64,000 nucleotides of DNA from the human T2T-CHM13v2.0 reference genome, Homo sapiens, in the NCBI RefSeq assembly GCF_009914755.1, contig NC_060933.1; one strand, given 5' to 3'. The notes under the pieces were generated by a model. It ran no database searches and had not been told where the DNA came from. It worked only from the letters and a program-made list of their open reading frames with translations. Position 1 is the stretch's first letter. The number at the start of each line of letters is the position of its first letter. A program made the translations under genes and the position numbers. Below are positions 1 to 12,205 of the stretch, one piece after another.

Positions 1-142
1 CCAGCTACTCAGAAGGCTGAGGCAGGAAGATCACTTGAGCTCAGGATTTTAAAGCTGCAGTGAGTGATGATTTCAGTACTGTACTCCAGTGGATGGCAGA
101 GTGAGACCCTGTCTCTGAAATTAAATAAAAATGAAAATAAAT
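1..142 (+). mobile_element. AluJ-like right arm with degenerate A-tail (cut by window edge)
   Basis: ccagctactcagaaggctgaggcaggaagatcacttgagc...gagtgagaccctgtctc followed by A-rich tail. Confidence 0.9.
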
Positions 143-1348
143 TTTAAAAAGCAGATCAATATGAGATGATCAAGGTCCTCTGAATGGCAGAAGGCAGGGC
201 CATGCTTACCTTGGAGCTCCTAGGATATTGACTGGTGCAAGGTGGGTGCTCAAATAATACCTGATAAATACGAGAAGAGTGGAGGGGAAAGAGGGAGGGA
301 AGCAGAGAAAGAGAGAGAGAGACAGTACAAGACAGAAGGGGGAGGGAGGTCCCTCAAGTGTGTACTCTGAAACCTACCTGACTTAATGACTTGATTGTAC
401 TGAATTATCACCTTGAGGAATCAAAGAAATGAACAGGAACTTAAAAATATTTTTTAACCCTAATTCAGCCTCCATTTACATTTTGGACTTACCCAATACA
501 AGGATCTTTAAAGTTCAATTTGTGAAAACACCTGGTTTTTAGTATCTACTATCTTCCTTCATTTATTCTCTGGCATACAGCCAGTCACGCCCACCTGCGA
601 TGAGCTTCAAATTTGGAAGAAGAGGAAAGAGTGCATTCTTAGAATGAGGTGACCAGAGGTGCTGGGTTTGAGATATGCCTTGGGGGCCTCTACGTAGCCG
701 TCATCTTTCTTATTCCATCATGCTTTAGTCCTCATTTGGGGTCAAACACCAGAGCATAACCTATTGTAACAACTGAGCACATATGTAGGGAAGTGATAGA
801 CATCTATCTAGACTTCCTCAAAAATAATCAAGAACTGTCCCAAGCTGGGGACATAAGTACGTGGGAGGGATGGGATCAAGGATACAATCAAGTGTGGGAG
901 GATGGTTTAATCTCTTATGCTATATGGATTTTCATGTGATTAGTACCACCCGGTAGTAGTTTTCAAATGCCTTGCAGTACCTGGATTACAAAGATCAGGA
1001 AGTGACATTTTCTACTCTTGACTTTTAGTGATTATGCTTTTGTGAATTACTCCATGTTCTTAGGTACGAAATAGATATGATCTTGCAGTAGGATTTTATT
1101 GTGCCTCTTTTTTGGAAGGAGAGAGCTAGGGGACTCATTGCATCAGGAATCAATAGTGAGTCGACACCTTTTCGGGCTTCCTGTTGTTAGAGGTGGGGCT
1201 GCAGAGGGATAGAGAGTGCACAGAGGTGTGTAGCCCTCTAGGTGTGCCTGCTCCAAATGAGGCCGGTGGGCCTGCAATTTTGTGAAAAGTTTGCTGAAAA
1301 CGTTCTGGGAGGCAAGAATATTCCTTTCCCAAATACCTCTCATCACAG

Positions 1349-1395
1349 CAGGAGGTAAAACAAGACACCCCAGGAGGTAAAACAAGACACCCCAG
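1349..1395. repeat. Perfect 22-bp tandem duplication
   Basis: caggaggtaaaacaagacaccc at 1349-1370 and 1371-1392, followed by cag. Confidence 0.97.
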
Positions 1396-1619
1396 AATTA
1401 ACCTGAATTGAAGGGGAAAAAGATCCTTGAAAAAGCAGTATTGCAAAGCAATATGACATTAATCATGCTTCCCGACTTTTGATTTGCTACAGTCTAGATC
1501 ATGTTTCTGACTTTCAAGAGTCTCCAGTTCTGATCATTTGAAGAGGATTTTAGGCTCTGGCAATGAGCCATATGAAAAAAAAAATGCCCACCAGATGTAT
1601 CACTCTGGCTTCATTTTTT

Positions 1620-2170
1620 GTTCTCTCTTTGCTTCAGGCACACTGAACTTTTCTAGGACCTGAAGTTGCCTCACTATCCCTGCTGTATCAAGCACTTATG
1701 CCTCACTGGTGCCTCACCTCCTCGTTGGCTAATTTCAATGCATTCTGTGGTCACTGAGAAGCCTTTTCTAACCCCCAAGGCTGGGCTAAGATCCCTGCTC
1801 TGAGCCCCACATCATCCTGTGTTCCCTCAGGCCCAGGGATTAACCCGTTGCATTGGCAAGGTTTGTTTACTTGTCTGTGTCCCACTAGACAATGGGAAAG
1901 TTATATTTAAGTTTTCTGTGCCCCAATGCCCTCGTCTGTAAAACGGGAGCTTTAGGTATACCAATCATGGGATATGTGAAGATTAACTGAGTTAAAGTAT
2001 GTGAAGCAAGAGAGGATCTCTGGCATATACTAAATGCTGACAATTGTGAGCTATTATTTTTATACTTGAGGGCAGGACCCATATCTGTCATTTTTATGTC
2101 CCTACAGCTTGCCTCAGGGCCAGTGCAGAGTAAGCTGCCAAAACTACTTATTAAATACATTGGAGACACT
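1620..2170 (+). mobile_element. L2 3' fragment interrupted by a MIR (~1900-2060)
   Basis: L2 motif ttgtctgtgtcccactagac resumes as cttgagggcagg after a MIR core (cctcgtctgtaaaacggg...gtgaagattaactgagttaa). Confidence 0.65.
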
Positions 2171-2499
2171 CAAGAGCTCTGTAAAGACTGAGTCACAGTT
2201 TTAGGAACATTGATGTCTTTGGCAAGATTCCTGTGCCTTTGTAAATGTCCAGACTCACTCCAGCTGCCTCTCTGATATGTGGAGGCAGCAATGTCTTTGA
2301 CCTCAGCACAGGTGCAACTGGGTGGCCCCGTGAGAATGACAGAGCCTCTCTTCTCTCAGTAGTCAGGATTCTGCTGAACTGCTTACAGGGCACTAAATAC
2401 CTGAGGAGGCAGGAGCTTGGGGGAAAGCTGAGAGGTATCTATCCCCATCTACCTACTGAGAGGATTTTAAGAAACACAGATAAATGCAAGAGACAACAC

Positions 2500-2830
2500 G
2501 GTCATATAATGGGAAAAGAGCGTGGCTTGGAGGTGGACACACTTTGTTTTGCATTCCAGCTCTGCAGTGTAACCAGATGTGGTTTAGTTATTAACCTCTC
2601 TCATCCCTGGTGTCTTCATCCATAAAATGGGAATTGTGGGCTGTGGAATTAGTAGGACTGGAGTTAGAAAGCCAGTTTTGCTATTTACTAGTTGTGTGAC
2701 ATTGAAGCAGTTACATAACCTCTTTAAGCCCCAGTTTTACTAATTAATAAAATGTACTTAATAATCATATCAGATAACAGGTTGTTATGAGATTAAATAA
2801 AATAACATACATAAAAAAGTTAGCTTAGGA
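2500..2830 (+). mobile_element. Two adjacent MIR copies
   Basis: MIR cores ttaacctctctcatccctggtgtcttcatccataaaatggg and tactagttgtgtgacattgaagcagttacataacctc...gttgttatgagattaaataa. Confidence 0.75.
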
Positions 2831-3964
2831 AAAGTATGCAATAGTGAAAGCCTCGACTGTCTGCAGTGGTGCTGTAAATTATTTCTTGAAATATAGCAAT
2901 TGAACGTGATAAAAAGAATTCTGATGTGTTGGGCAGAAGCTTACAAAGATGTCTTCCAAATCGCAAACAACATGCATTCCTCTCAGGAGACAATTTTATT
3001 ACAAAGAATGGCAACCCAACTGGAGGCACAGACATCTAATTTGTTTTAACTCTCCGTAGCATTCAGAATCATTTGTAATATTCCATTTTCCCTGGTTGCT
3101 TTTAGCAAGAAGTGTTTTATCACATAGAGAAACACATCAGTGACCATCTCCTCCTTAATAAACCATGTCTTTAGACACAGCATTGTGCAATATGATTACA
3201 AGCCATTATGGGATGTTCCTCTTACTACCAAGAGCAATGGAGCAAGTGATGTTAATATTATTGAGACTTTGCCTGGCTCAGCTGGATTCCACTAATACTT
3301 CCTTTTAGAAAGCAGTACCCAAAAATGGCTGATGAATCTGATTGCCAGCCCAGCTCGACAATCTTCAGACTACATTTTTGCATGTTTCATGCTTTGGAAC
3401 AGAACACTCTTAAATTGTTCTGTTTTTAACTGCTGAATTGCATTTCATCTTGAGATCACACTAAGGGGGGAAAATCTTAACAACTTTAGCAAAATTTTTG
3501 GTTTAGCTGTTTCACATTCCTCTGCTTTACAATGAAAGTATCTCTTTATGCTTCTTGGCATCTGGGAGTAGAATATTGTGTATTTAACAGAGTCTTGGGT
3601 GACAGTGGTGTGGTGCTGTTGAGTAATTTATTGGCAGGTCTTCTGCAGTGGATCCCTCAATACAAGCATGTGGCCCAATTTCCAATTACAGTGTTTCCAT
3701 TAGAAGTATCTTCAGGACATAGTGTCTAAGACAGAGGGAAAAGAGTAAGGACACATCTGCCTTAGAGCCCTGAGGACAAAGAACGGAATGTAAAATGGGC
3801 CACACTGCACTTGTTGGTCCCCATCCTATTGTGATATTCTTGTATTTAACTTCTGCTGCTCCAGGCTGAGCCTTTACGAAGTTTCTAAAAAGTGTCCTGT
3901 TTCCATGTCAGTGATGGCCTAGAGGCAAAAAGGAAGTCCAGAATAAAACCACTATCTGAGAACT

Positions 3965-4220
3965 CTTTTGTTCAAATATTTCTTGTGCAAACACAATGTG
4001 CAAGGCCAATGCCAGGCCCCAAGTATTCAATGTAGGACTCCTGGGCTTTGAGGACCTTAGAGGGGGAGACACACACATGCAATTAGAATATGCGGTGAGG
4101 TATATCAGAGGAGCTAATGAAGAGCTTGAGATGCACAGGATGGAGAGTAACTGTGCCGGGAAAACTGGGGAAGCTGTAATTGAGGACACAGCATTTGGGA
4201 TATGCCTCAAAGGATGTCCC
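3965..4220 (-). mobile_element. L2 fragment
   Basis: Antisense L2 3' end ttcaaatatttcttgtgcaaacacaatgtgcaaggc then purine-rich body. Confidence 0.55.
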
Positions 4221-4799
4221 ATGCCTCCAAGAGTGTCCAAAAGTGACAAAAAGGCTCTTCTGTCAGATAGAAACACAAACAGTAATAACAGCATACTTTT
4301 GCAAAATGCATCTTAGGTTTATGAAGTAGACAAGGCAGTTGGTATTTCCTCCAATGTATAGCAGAAGTAACGATGTCTGAAGAGCAAGAATCATTTACCC
4401 AAGTTACCATTGGCAAGCAAGGATAAAGCCGGGACAAGGAAACAGGTCAGGATCCAAATTCGGGTTTCCTTAATGGCTTCTTGGTCAGCATGCTTTCACA
4501 CTCAGCACCTGTGAGAGGAGAAGGTCCATGTGCATCAGCAGCTCTGATTGCTGTGCAACCCCTCCTGAAGTGCTTTGGGTAATAGTGCATTTTGCCAGCT
4601 GCCTAGATTGGGCCAGCCCGGGCCACAGTCCTGTGCATTTGGGAACCCATGATGGGGAGAAGGGCTAAGGCAGGAGCAATGTCCCAACAGTTACCCAGCT
4701 CCCTGCACTTTCCCATCAGAGCCTCTAGGTGAGATTGTCATCAGGGACACCTGCCAGCAGCCAGACCCCAGGGTGGGGTGAACGTCCTTATCACCAGGG

Positions 4800-4990
4800 T
4801 GCTTTGTCTCTGTATGGGTTGTTTTATGAGCCTTATTACAACAGCTCTGTGATAGTGGTATGACAGATAGGATTTTCTTAGTGGAGACAAGGATACTGAA
4901 GTGCAGAGAGGTTAGATAACTTGCCTACATGACAAATAAATCAGAAAACTGGGGCTGAAATTCAGATATACTTTTAGTCCCACTGGCTCT
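4800..4990 (-). mobile_element. MIR
   Basis: gatactgaagtgcagagaggttagataacttgcc, antisense MIR core. Confidence 0.65.
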
Positions 4991-6244
4991 CAGTCTGCTG
5001 AGGAATGTGGTGTCTCTTCATCATGGTTCCTAGAATTCTTTTGATAGGAAACAATGCCTTTACCCTCTAATTGAGCCATGGTTTCAAATGAAGTATTAGT
5101 CTGCCTTCAATTCTTGCCAAATCATAAGTCATCTATATTAGGTCTATCCCTGATAGCAATTTTTGATGAGTGGGAAGGGCTGTGGGAGGGAATACTGAGA
5201 TATTAATATTCTTCAGGGATGGAAGGAGAGAGAGGGAGGAAAATGCCCTCTTCTGCCAAAGTGGGTGTGTGAAAACAAGAACCGAATACCGAGCACCCTC
5301 ACCTGTGACCCCAACTTCCCCATAGTCCCCCTGTTCTATGTACATATATTCTACATCAAACCCCTTTTCCTCAGACATGACACTGCTTCTCCACTTTGAA
5401 GCTTGGCTCATGCTGTTTCATTCAGCATTTTTGCTTGCAAACATGATACCATTTTCCTATGGTCATTTCAAGTTTTTTTTTTGATGCTCCTGCCTGGATT
5501 CATTCTCTTGTTTCATACAAAAGGTCTGAGCACTTTTGAGGTTTCTTGGCACTTACTGTGTTGTACCTTGAGCTAGAGTTGAGTTGTGTTCTTGGCTAAT
5601 TCCTCCCACTGAGTGCAGAGGGCAAGACCGATGTCTTAGTCATCTTAGTAGATAGTAGATATATAGAGATATCGATGTAGATGTATACTTACATCAAGAG
5701 TATAGTAGGCACATGATCACAGAACAGGGACCATCTAAGTTTTTGAATATAATTTATGATTCTGCTTAGGATCAGCTCTGTTCCATGGGAGGCCCTGTTA
5801 TGAGGCCATAGAGAGCACCTGGACTTTAGGAGGGGCACTTAGTTTCCTGAATGAACTACTTGAACCATGGATAAGGGTTGGGTGAAGGAGAAACCCTCTG
5901 GAAAAAAAGATGCCCAGGTCCAAATAGTTGACCATCTGTAGCCTTTTCTCCAAATCTGTAGCATACTCCATTGTAGACAGTCCTATCCAACTGCTTAACT
6001 CTAGTGACCTGGCCAGGGCAATGTAGTCAAGGGGAGAGACAGGCCATTATGTCCCTCATTCCTGATTCTGAAGTGCAGCTGCTCAAATGCTGTTTACTTG
6101 TGAATGCATTGGCTTCTTTCCAGCCAATGTGGAGAAATCTCTGACTCACAGTAAGAACTTTGCAAAATGACCTCAGTGTAGTGAATGAGAAAAGGCAATT
6201 GAAGTGTAGGTGTTTCTGGGTGCAACAAGGATCCTTGGATGTCA

Positions 6245-6480
6245 GCAGCTCATTTAATATGCATAGCACTTGACAATTTACAAAACAGTTTTACACGTCT
6301 TTCTTCATTTGGCCTCCACAATTAGTTCCAGAAATCAGTAGAAGAGTAATTTCACTTCCTCTTTACAGATGGGGCTCAGAGAAGAGCCTTGTCTGTGACC
6401 ACATGGCTAATAGTGGGCAGGTGCAGGAGAGATTCTTGAATCCAGAACTTCATTTGCCAAGTCTAGAGGTATTTCTGTTA
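6245..6480 (-). mobile_element. MIR (old subfamily)
   Basis: ctttacagatggggctcagagaag...accacatggctaatagtgggcag. Confidence 0.65.
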
Positions 6481-6724
6481 TCTGTTATCCTCAAAGCATC
6501 TTAGATAACATCCACCCACCCAAATGAAAAGGATAAGAGTGTCCAGGAAGTGAAATAAATACATAAAAGAAGAAAGAAGAGAACAATAAGTGAAACTATC
6601 TGAGAATATGCAAACCAGAGCCAGTGCAGGAAGGAATGTATTAGCTTTATTTTGGCAGGTAACTTTTTTTTTTTTTTTTGCTTTTTAGAGAAAGAAAGAG
6701 AATGAGAAACATGAAGAAGGAGTA

Positions 6725-7050
6725 ATTTGTTGTCTACCCCAACATTCCTTCCTTGACACCAGTACTTATTTCCCAATAGAAAGGCTGGAAATGGCCAACA
6801 CTGCTTTTCCAGGCGTCCCTGCAGAAAGGCATGCATGTGTGACTTAATCATGGCCAGTGAGACGAGAACATATGTCTTCAGAGAGCCTTCTGGGACAGAT
6901 TTTCCTCCTGGTTCTGGGTATGAAGCTTGCTCAGTTCAGTGCCTGTGGGATTCACTGATAACATGAAATACACTGATCCACAGCTTGTCTGAGATGAATG
7001 CATGTGCTGTGTGATCCTGAAGTTCTTTATGTCTGTTGGCTTTTCATAGT
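6725..7050 (+). mobile_element. Old ERVL/MaLR LTR remnant (MLT1J/LTR33-like)
   Basis: ttttccaggcgtccctgcag...catgtgtgacttaatcatggccagtgag motif. Confidence 0.45.
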
Positions 7051-7841
7051 ACATCTGCTGGAAAGAAGAGCCTTTTTGGACATTTGTAAGCCCTTTGTGA
7101 TGGGAGGGGAGTAAGTCTGTAAGTATGTGTGAAAAGGGGCTGCTATAATGTAAAGCCAACTCACCAAACATGGGCTTTGCAGTAATAAGGATGGGAAGCT
7201 AAAGATCAGGCCTCATGGAAAAGAATTTCCCCCTTTCTTTGACTTGGCCTATAAATGTAGCTTTTCTGACTCTTTTGAGGCCCTGTTGCTTGTCTTGTAT
7301 TCAGCACCTAATAATGTTGTTGCAAATGTCAGGACTGCAACAAGCTCAGTTGTGTTGTAGCAAGTAGGAGACTGCTACAAAATGGGAAGAGTCACTAATA
7401 GTTTTGGCAACAAAACATGACAATGTGCATATTACCAGAGGCAATTATGTGCATCTCATGGGGATTCAATAGACTCTGGGACTGACTTTAATGACCTGAA
7501 AATCCACTTGCCCTTTTCGTTTTCTCTGTTATGTCCAAGTAATGAAAATATTGAGAAAGTTATTGTAACTATAAAATTGCAGCATAGTTCCTTTTTTAAA
7601 AAAATAAAGCCTGATCTATCTTTTGACTTGCAAAATGGTTCATTATACTTTGATTCAAAGAGAGAATAAAACTGAGATAGTAGGAAGGGACCAGCTCACT
7701 TTGTCTGAGTCACTTGGTACCAAACAATTTGGGCACCAGCCCAGGATAGATGAGTTTTTACATTGCTACATTGGAGCAGAGAGCCAGTTCCACATTCAGT
7801 TTTCAGAAAGTCTCCAAAGACCAATGGTCAACTATAACCTG

Positions 7842-7998
7842 TATTTATTTATTTATTACTAATTTTTAAAATGTGTATGTATTCCTGGGGTACAATGCAA
7901 TTTTGCTACATTGATATATTGCACTGTGGTGAAGTCAGGGCTTCACTGGGGCCATCACTGGAGTAGCACGTGTTGTATCCACCAAGCAGCCTCCCATT
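7842..7998 (-). mobile_element. L1PB-like 3' end, strongly 5'-truncated
   Basis: ggggtacaatgcaattttgctacattgatatattgcactgtggtgaagtcagggc; degenerate TSD ctataacctgtatt / ctataatcttatt. Confidence 0.75.
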
Positions 7999-8249
7999 AG
8001 CTATAATCTTATTAATGTTATTCCTGAGAGGCTTTGGAAAGACTTTCCTAAATTGGATGAGAAACTATTCATGAAATATAAAATGTAATCAACAAACACA
8101 GAAGTAGATTCCTCATTTCAGTCAAACTACTGTTACCTGTGGTCTCATTGTGCTACTGCTCGGTTGTAGCTCTTGGAGTGAAGCTACCCCTTAGGATGCC
8201 TGTAAGTGACAACAACAACAAAAAACTTAGCAGATTAGGACTACATCTA

Positions 8250-9755
8250 AATATTTTAGCTTAATAATAGGTGTCTACCAAAAATAAAACCTCAGACACA
8301 ATTCCTAACAGTGAGATGTTAGTGGAATGCGCTTTAAAATCAGAATAAGATAAGCCTGTCAGCTCCCACCACTTCCATTCACCACGGGAGGTCCTTACCT
8401 GTGTAAAGGTATGAAAATAAAGGATATGGATTGGATTTCTAAAGCCGGAAGGAAACAGAGAGTAGCATACAAAAAGAGATATTAATGGCAACACGGTTCA
8501 AGAATATATTTAGTAAATGATGCGCAAGATCTGTATGAAGAATAGTGTTGTTTGTATATCAGTAAAACTTTATTGAAATTCACTAAGAAGACGTAAATAA
8601 TACAGAAATATGCTATTTCATGTATGGAATGCCTCAATATTATAAACTTGTAACTTCTCCCTAAATTGAATTATAGATTTCTGGCAACTTTCATTAAAAT
8701 CTCGACTGGTTTTTGGAGAATTTAATGAGCCAATTATAAAATTTAAATGAAGAGCAAAGTCTCAAGGAGAACCAGGATTCTTCTCAAGAAGAAAACATTG
8801 GAAGGGCTAGAATTACCAGATAACCAGGCATAAAGTTATTATAATCAATATAATGTGGCATTTTCACAGAGAGTTACAAATCAAACTAAATAAGGAGAAT
8901 AGATGGCCCAGACACAGATCTACATATGGAACTTTATGTAGCGGAGGTGGAATTGTAAATGACTAGGAAAGGAGGTAGTATTTAATAGATAGTGCTGAGA
9001 AAGTTAATTATCCATATGGAAAAAAATGAAACAAGTTCTATTTTCACCCTGTAAAGAAAAATCAATTCTAGTTGAATTAATGCATACATATAAAAGGCAG
9101 AACTTTTCCAAGAAAGTATGGGATGATTTGCATTCTTGGGTAAAGAAATATACATTTGAATAGAATGCAGAAAGTACTAACCTAATTTTTAAAAATTAAC
9201 TACATTAAATTAGGAACTTACGTTCAAAGACAACATAAGGTAAATGAAAACACAAGGAGATGGCATTTGCCTGACATATAACAAATAGAATTTATTTCTG
9301 AAATGTACAAAAAAATTTCTACAAATCAATTAAAATGGAGATAACCCAATAGAAGAATGGGGGGAAAGACATTTTACTGAGGAGGCATCATGAATGGCAA
9401 ATGTATATAAGAAAAGATGTTTAACTTCATTTGTAAGCAGGGAAATGCAAACTAAAACTCCTTTAATAAAGCTCAAAACCAAGCAAGAGTACATAATATA
9501 TTGTTTATTTATAAATACATATGCTAAAATTAGAAAGCAAATCAGTGGTGACTACTACATTCAGTGCAGTGTTCACCTCTGGAAGGAAAGCTTTAGGGTA
9601 GGGGAAGAGGAAGCCCACAGATGGATGAAATGCTAAGAGTAAAGCTCTAGTTTTATGTTTCTTGATGGGTTCATAATGTTCATTTTGTTATTTTATAATT
9701 CATATATTTGCTACATACATTCTTTAGTAGGTATCATATATTACATATCTTTTTT
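8250..9755 (+). mobile_element. Old L1M (L1ME-like) ORF2/3'UTR fragment
   Basis: Decayed ORF2 motifs (ctccctaaattgaattatagattt, gggaaatgcaaactaaaac); internal deletion before the 3'UTR. Confidence 0.8.
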
Positions 9756-10067
9756 TTTAAGTCAGTGAAAAAAGGCAAGAAAGAGAAGAAAGAGACTGGA
9801 TACAGCCTTTGCACTGTTTCCTTGTATCTCCAATTCTATCTCGGAGAGTGAGACCTTTGAAGCCACAAGAAACATTTTTCTGTGCCATATTTCTTCTAGG
9901 GTGCCAGATACAAAAGAGCCCCTTCTCCTGGACCCTGGTAAAATCTCTTTGTGCAGCCTCCTGACTCTCTGGCTTCTGCTCTGTAGGTGGTAGAAGTTGA
10001 CTCACTGTTTCTCGAATAAAGTAAAGAAAGGTAAATGAATTGTTGCAGCAGAGTTATAATTCAAGTG

Positions 10068-10600
10068 TTGACTCAGCCATCCCATTACTGGGTATATACC
10101 CAAAGGATTATAAATCATGCTGCTATAAAGACACATGCACACGTATGTTTATTGCAGCACTATTCACAATAGCAAAGACTTGGAACCAACCCAAATGTCC
10201 ACCAGTGATAGACTGGATTAAGAAAATGTGGCAAATATACCCCATGGAATACTATGCAGCCATAAAAAAGGATGAGTTCATGTCCTTTGTAGGGACATGG
10301 ATGAAGCTGGAAACCATCATTCTGAGCAAACTATCACAAGGACAGAAAACCAAACACCGCAGGTTCTCACTCATAGGTGGGAATTGAACAATGAGAACAC
10401 TTGGACACAGGGTGGGGAACATCACACACTGGGGTCTGTCAGGGGGAGGGGAGATGGGGGAGGGATAGCATTAGGAGAAATACCTAATGTAAATGATGAG
10501 TTAATGGGTGCAGCCCACCAACATGGCACATGTATACATATGTAACAAAACTGCTCGATGTGCACATGTACCCTAGAACTTAGAGCATAATTTTAAAAAA
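10068..10600 (+). mobile_element. L1PA (about PA4-PA5) 3' end, 5'-truncated
   Basis: ORF2p C-terminus in one frame (SAIPLLGIYPKDYKSCCYKDTCTRMFIAALFTIAKTWNQPKCP...SLIGGN*), G-rich 3'UTR, short A-tail. Confidence 0.97.
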
Positions 10601-11697
10601 TTGCCATTGTGCTGTATTGTACCCAATACCACATGCAGATGGGTGTTTAATAAATGCTTTTTGATGATAGCATTGATGAGAAAAAATATTCCTTTGAGAG
10701 AAGGTGTTGGTATATGCTGGCAGTCATGAAACTTATAACTGTTAACCTTTTGGGCACTTGGATAAATACTGAATAAACACATACTTACAAAGCATAGGCT
10801 ATGAGCTTCCTTGAATTTTTACAGTTGAAATTGCTCTTGGAGGCTAAGAAAGGAGTGTTGTCCTAAAGACTTTGCCTCCTGGGGCTGTTCTGTTCTGGGG
10901 ATAATGGGAATCCAAGTGATATCTCTGTAGTGCCAACTGCCTCATTCCTTTACCTGCAGGTCCCAGAGTCCAGCAGGGAAATCGGATGGGGTGAGGAGTT
11001 GGGGCAGTCAGCGTCGTTTTGCCTTTCTCTGGCTTTAAAGAGTTCTTGGCAGAGCAGCAAGGTGAAGGAAGGAGAGTTTTATCCTACATTCCAAAAGAAA
11101 CTTGAACCTTCTCAGAATATCTTGTGGAAGGGAAAGGACTCTCTTGAAATGTATCTCTTTGGCCAAAACCATCAGGGTGATGTGTCTGAATGGTGCTGTG
11201 ATTCCTTTGCTTAGGAATGGCAAGACCACCTGCCACTTTACCTTTAGGATCACAGTTTCTGCCTAGAGGGCGGGGTGTCAGAGAATGGAAAGAAAAACCC
11301 TCTAAAAAAGAACGTAGGTTTTGATTTGAAGTCAACAAATATAAAATAGGGACCCCCAAACCATTTTAAAGCCAAAACAAAATGAAACTTAAATAATGAC
11401 TTTGAAGACCATGAAGCAAACCTGAATTGTTTTCTCTAATTTGTCTCTATCTTCTGTTGCCTGTACTGTGTGGGAAGTCTGCCCCTATGTCCATCTTGCT
11501 TCTGTCAGCATTTCGTGGCCTGATTGGAATCTCACCTCTCTATGTCCCTGAATCCATCTGAGTGAGAGCGGAAGGATCTTTCCTTTTGTGACTGTTTATG
11601 GCTTTTTTTTTTTTTTTTTTTGGTCTGAACACTGTATTTGGCAACAATTCTTGTTCAGCCTGTGGATTTTGATTGTTGCTGAGACCTGTTATTTTAA

Positions 11698-12205
11698 TGC
11701 AGGGCATGATACAATAGGCAAAACATGAGCTTTTAAGTCAATCTAATTCAATTTATTTGTGTAGACTCAGCTTTCTTCCAAAAAAGAATTACAAAAACAT
11801 TTTTTAAAAAAGTTGCAATAAAATTAACCACATAGCAGAAATATGCCAATCATAAGGATAAATAGAGCTGAAAACCTGGCACTAAGCCACCTGTCAGCAT
11901 TGTGAAAAGAGAAACATGACAAGCTAGAAAGAGCTCATTACCTAAGAAGGGGAAATACCAGCTCTGAAGAGGAGGTAAGTCCCACCCCCACCATTAAACT
12001 CTGAAAAAACATTTATAGAGTTATATCTAAATTCAAATCCCATTCTATCACTTAACTAGCCTTGAATCCCTAATTAGTTTTTTAAATGGCTCCAAGATTG
12101 AGTTTTTGTGAATCTTTAAAGTGGGTATAAATACATAACTGGGTGATTGTAAAGATTAAAATGAAATTTGTGTATTCATTAAAGTACATGGCACATAATA
12201 GCTAA
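11698..12205 (+). mobile_element. MIR split by a ~270-bp insert (possibly L4/RTE-X-like)
   Basis: MIR head 11698-11752; body resumes ~12018 (ttcaaatcccattctatcacttaactagc...gtaaagattaaaatga). Confidence 0.5.

Noticed and set aside
2245-4437. Longest ORFs in the window (106-128 aa)
   Set aside because: They overlap MIR/L2 remnants, have no recognisable domain, and their lengths are expected by chance.
8543-8565. Short segment resembling an inverted L1ME 3' piece inside the L1M
   Set aside because: Only ~19 bp with mismatches, not distinguishable from chance.
10040-10387. 115-aa ORF with a real protein match
   Set aside because: It is the L1 ORF2p C-terminus of a truncated L1PA, not a host gene.
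10950-10996. Possible 31-nt + strand microexon (ctgcag/gtc...ggg/gtgagg)
   Set aside because: Short pyrimidine tract; such pairs are common by chance.
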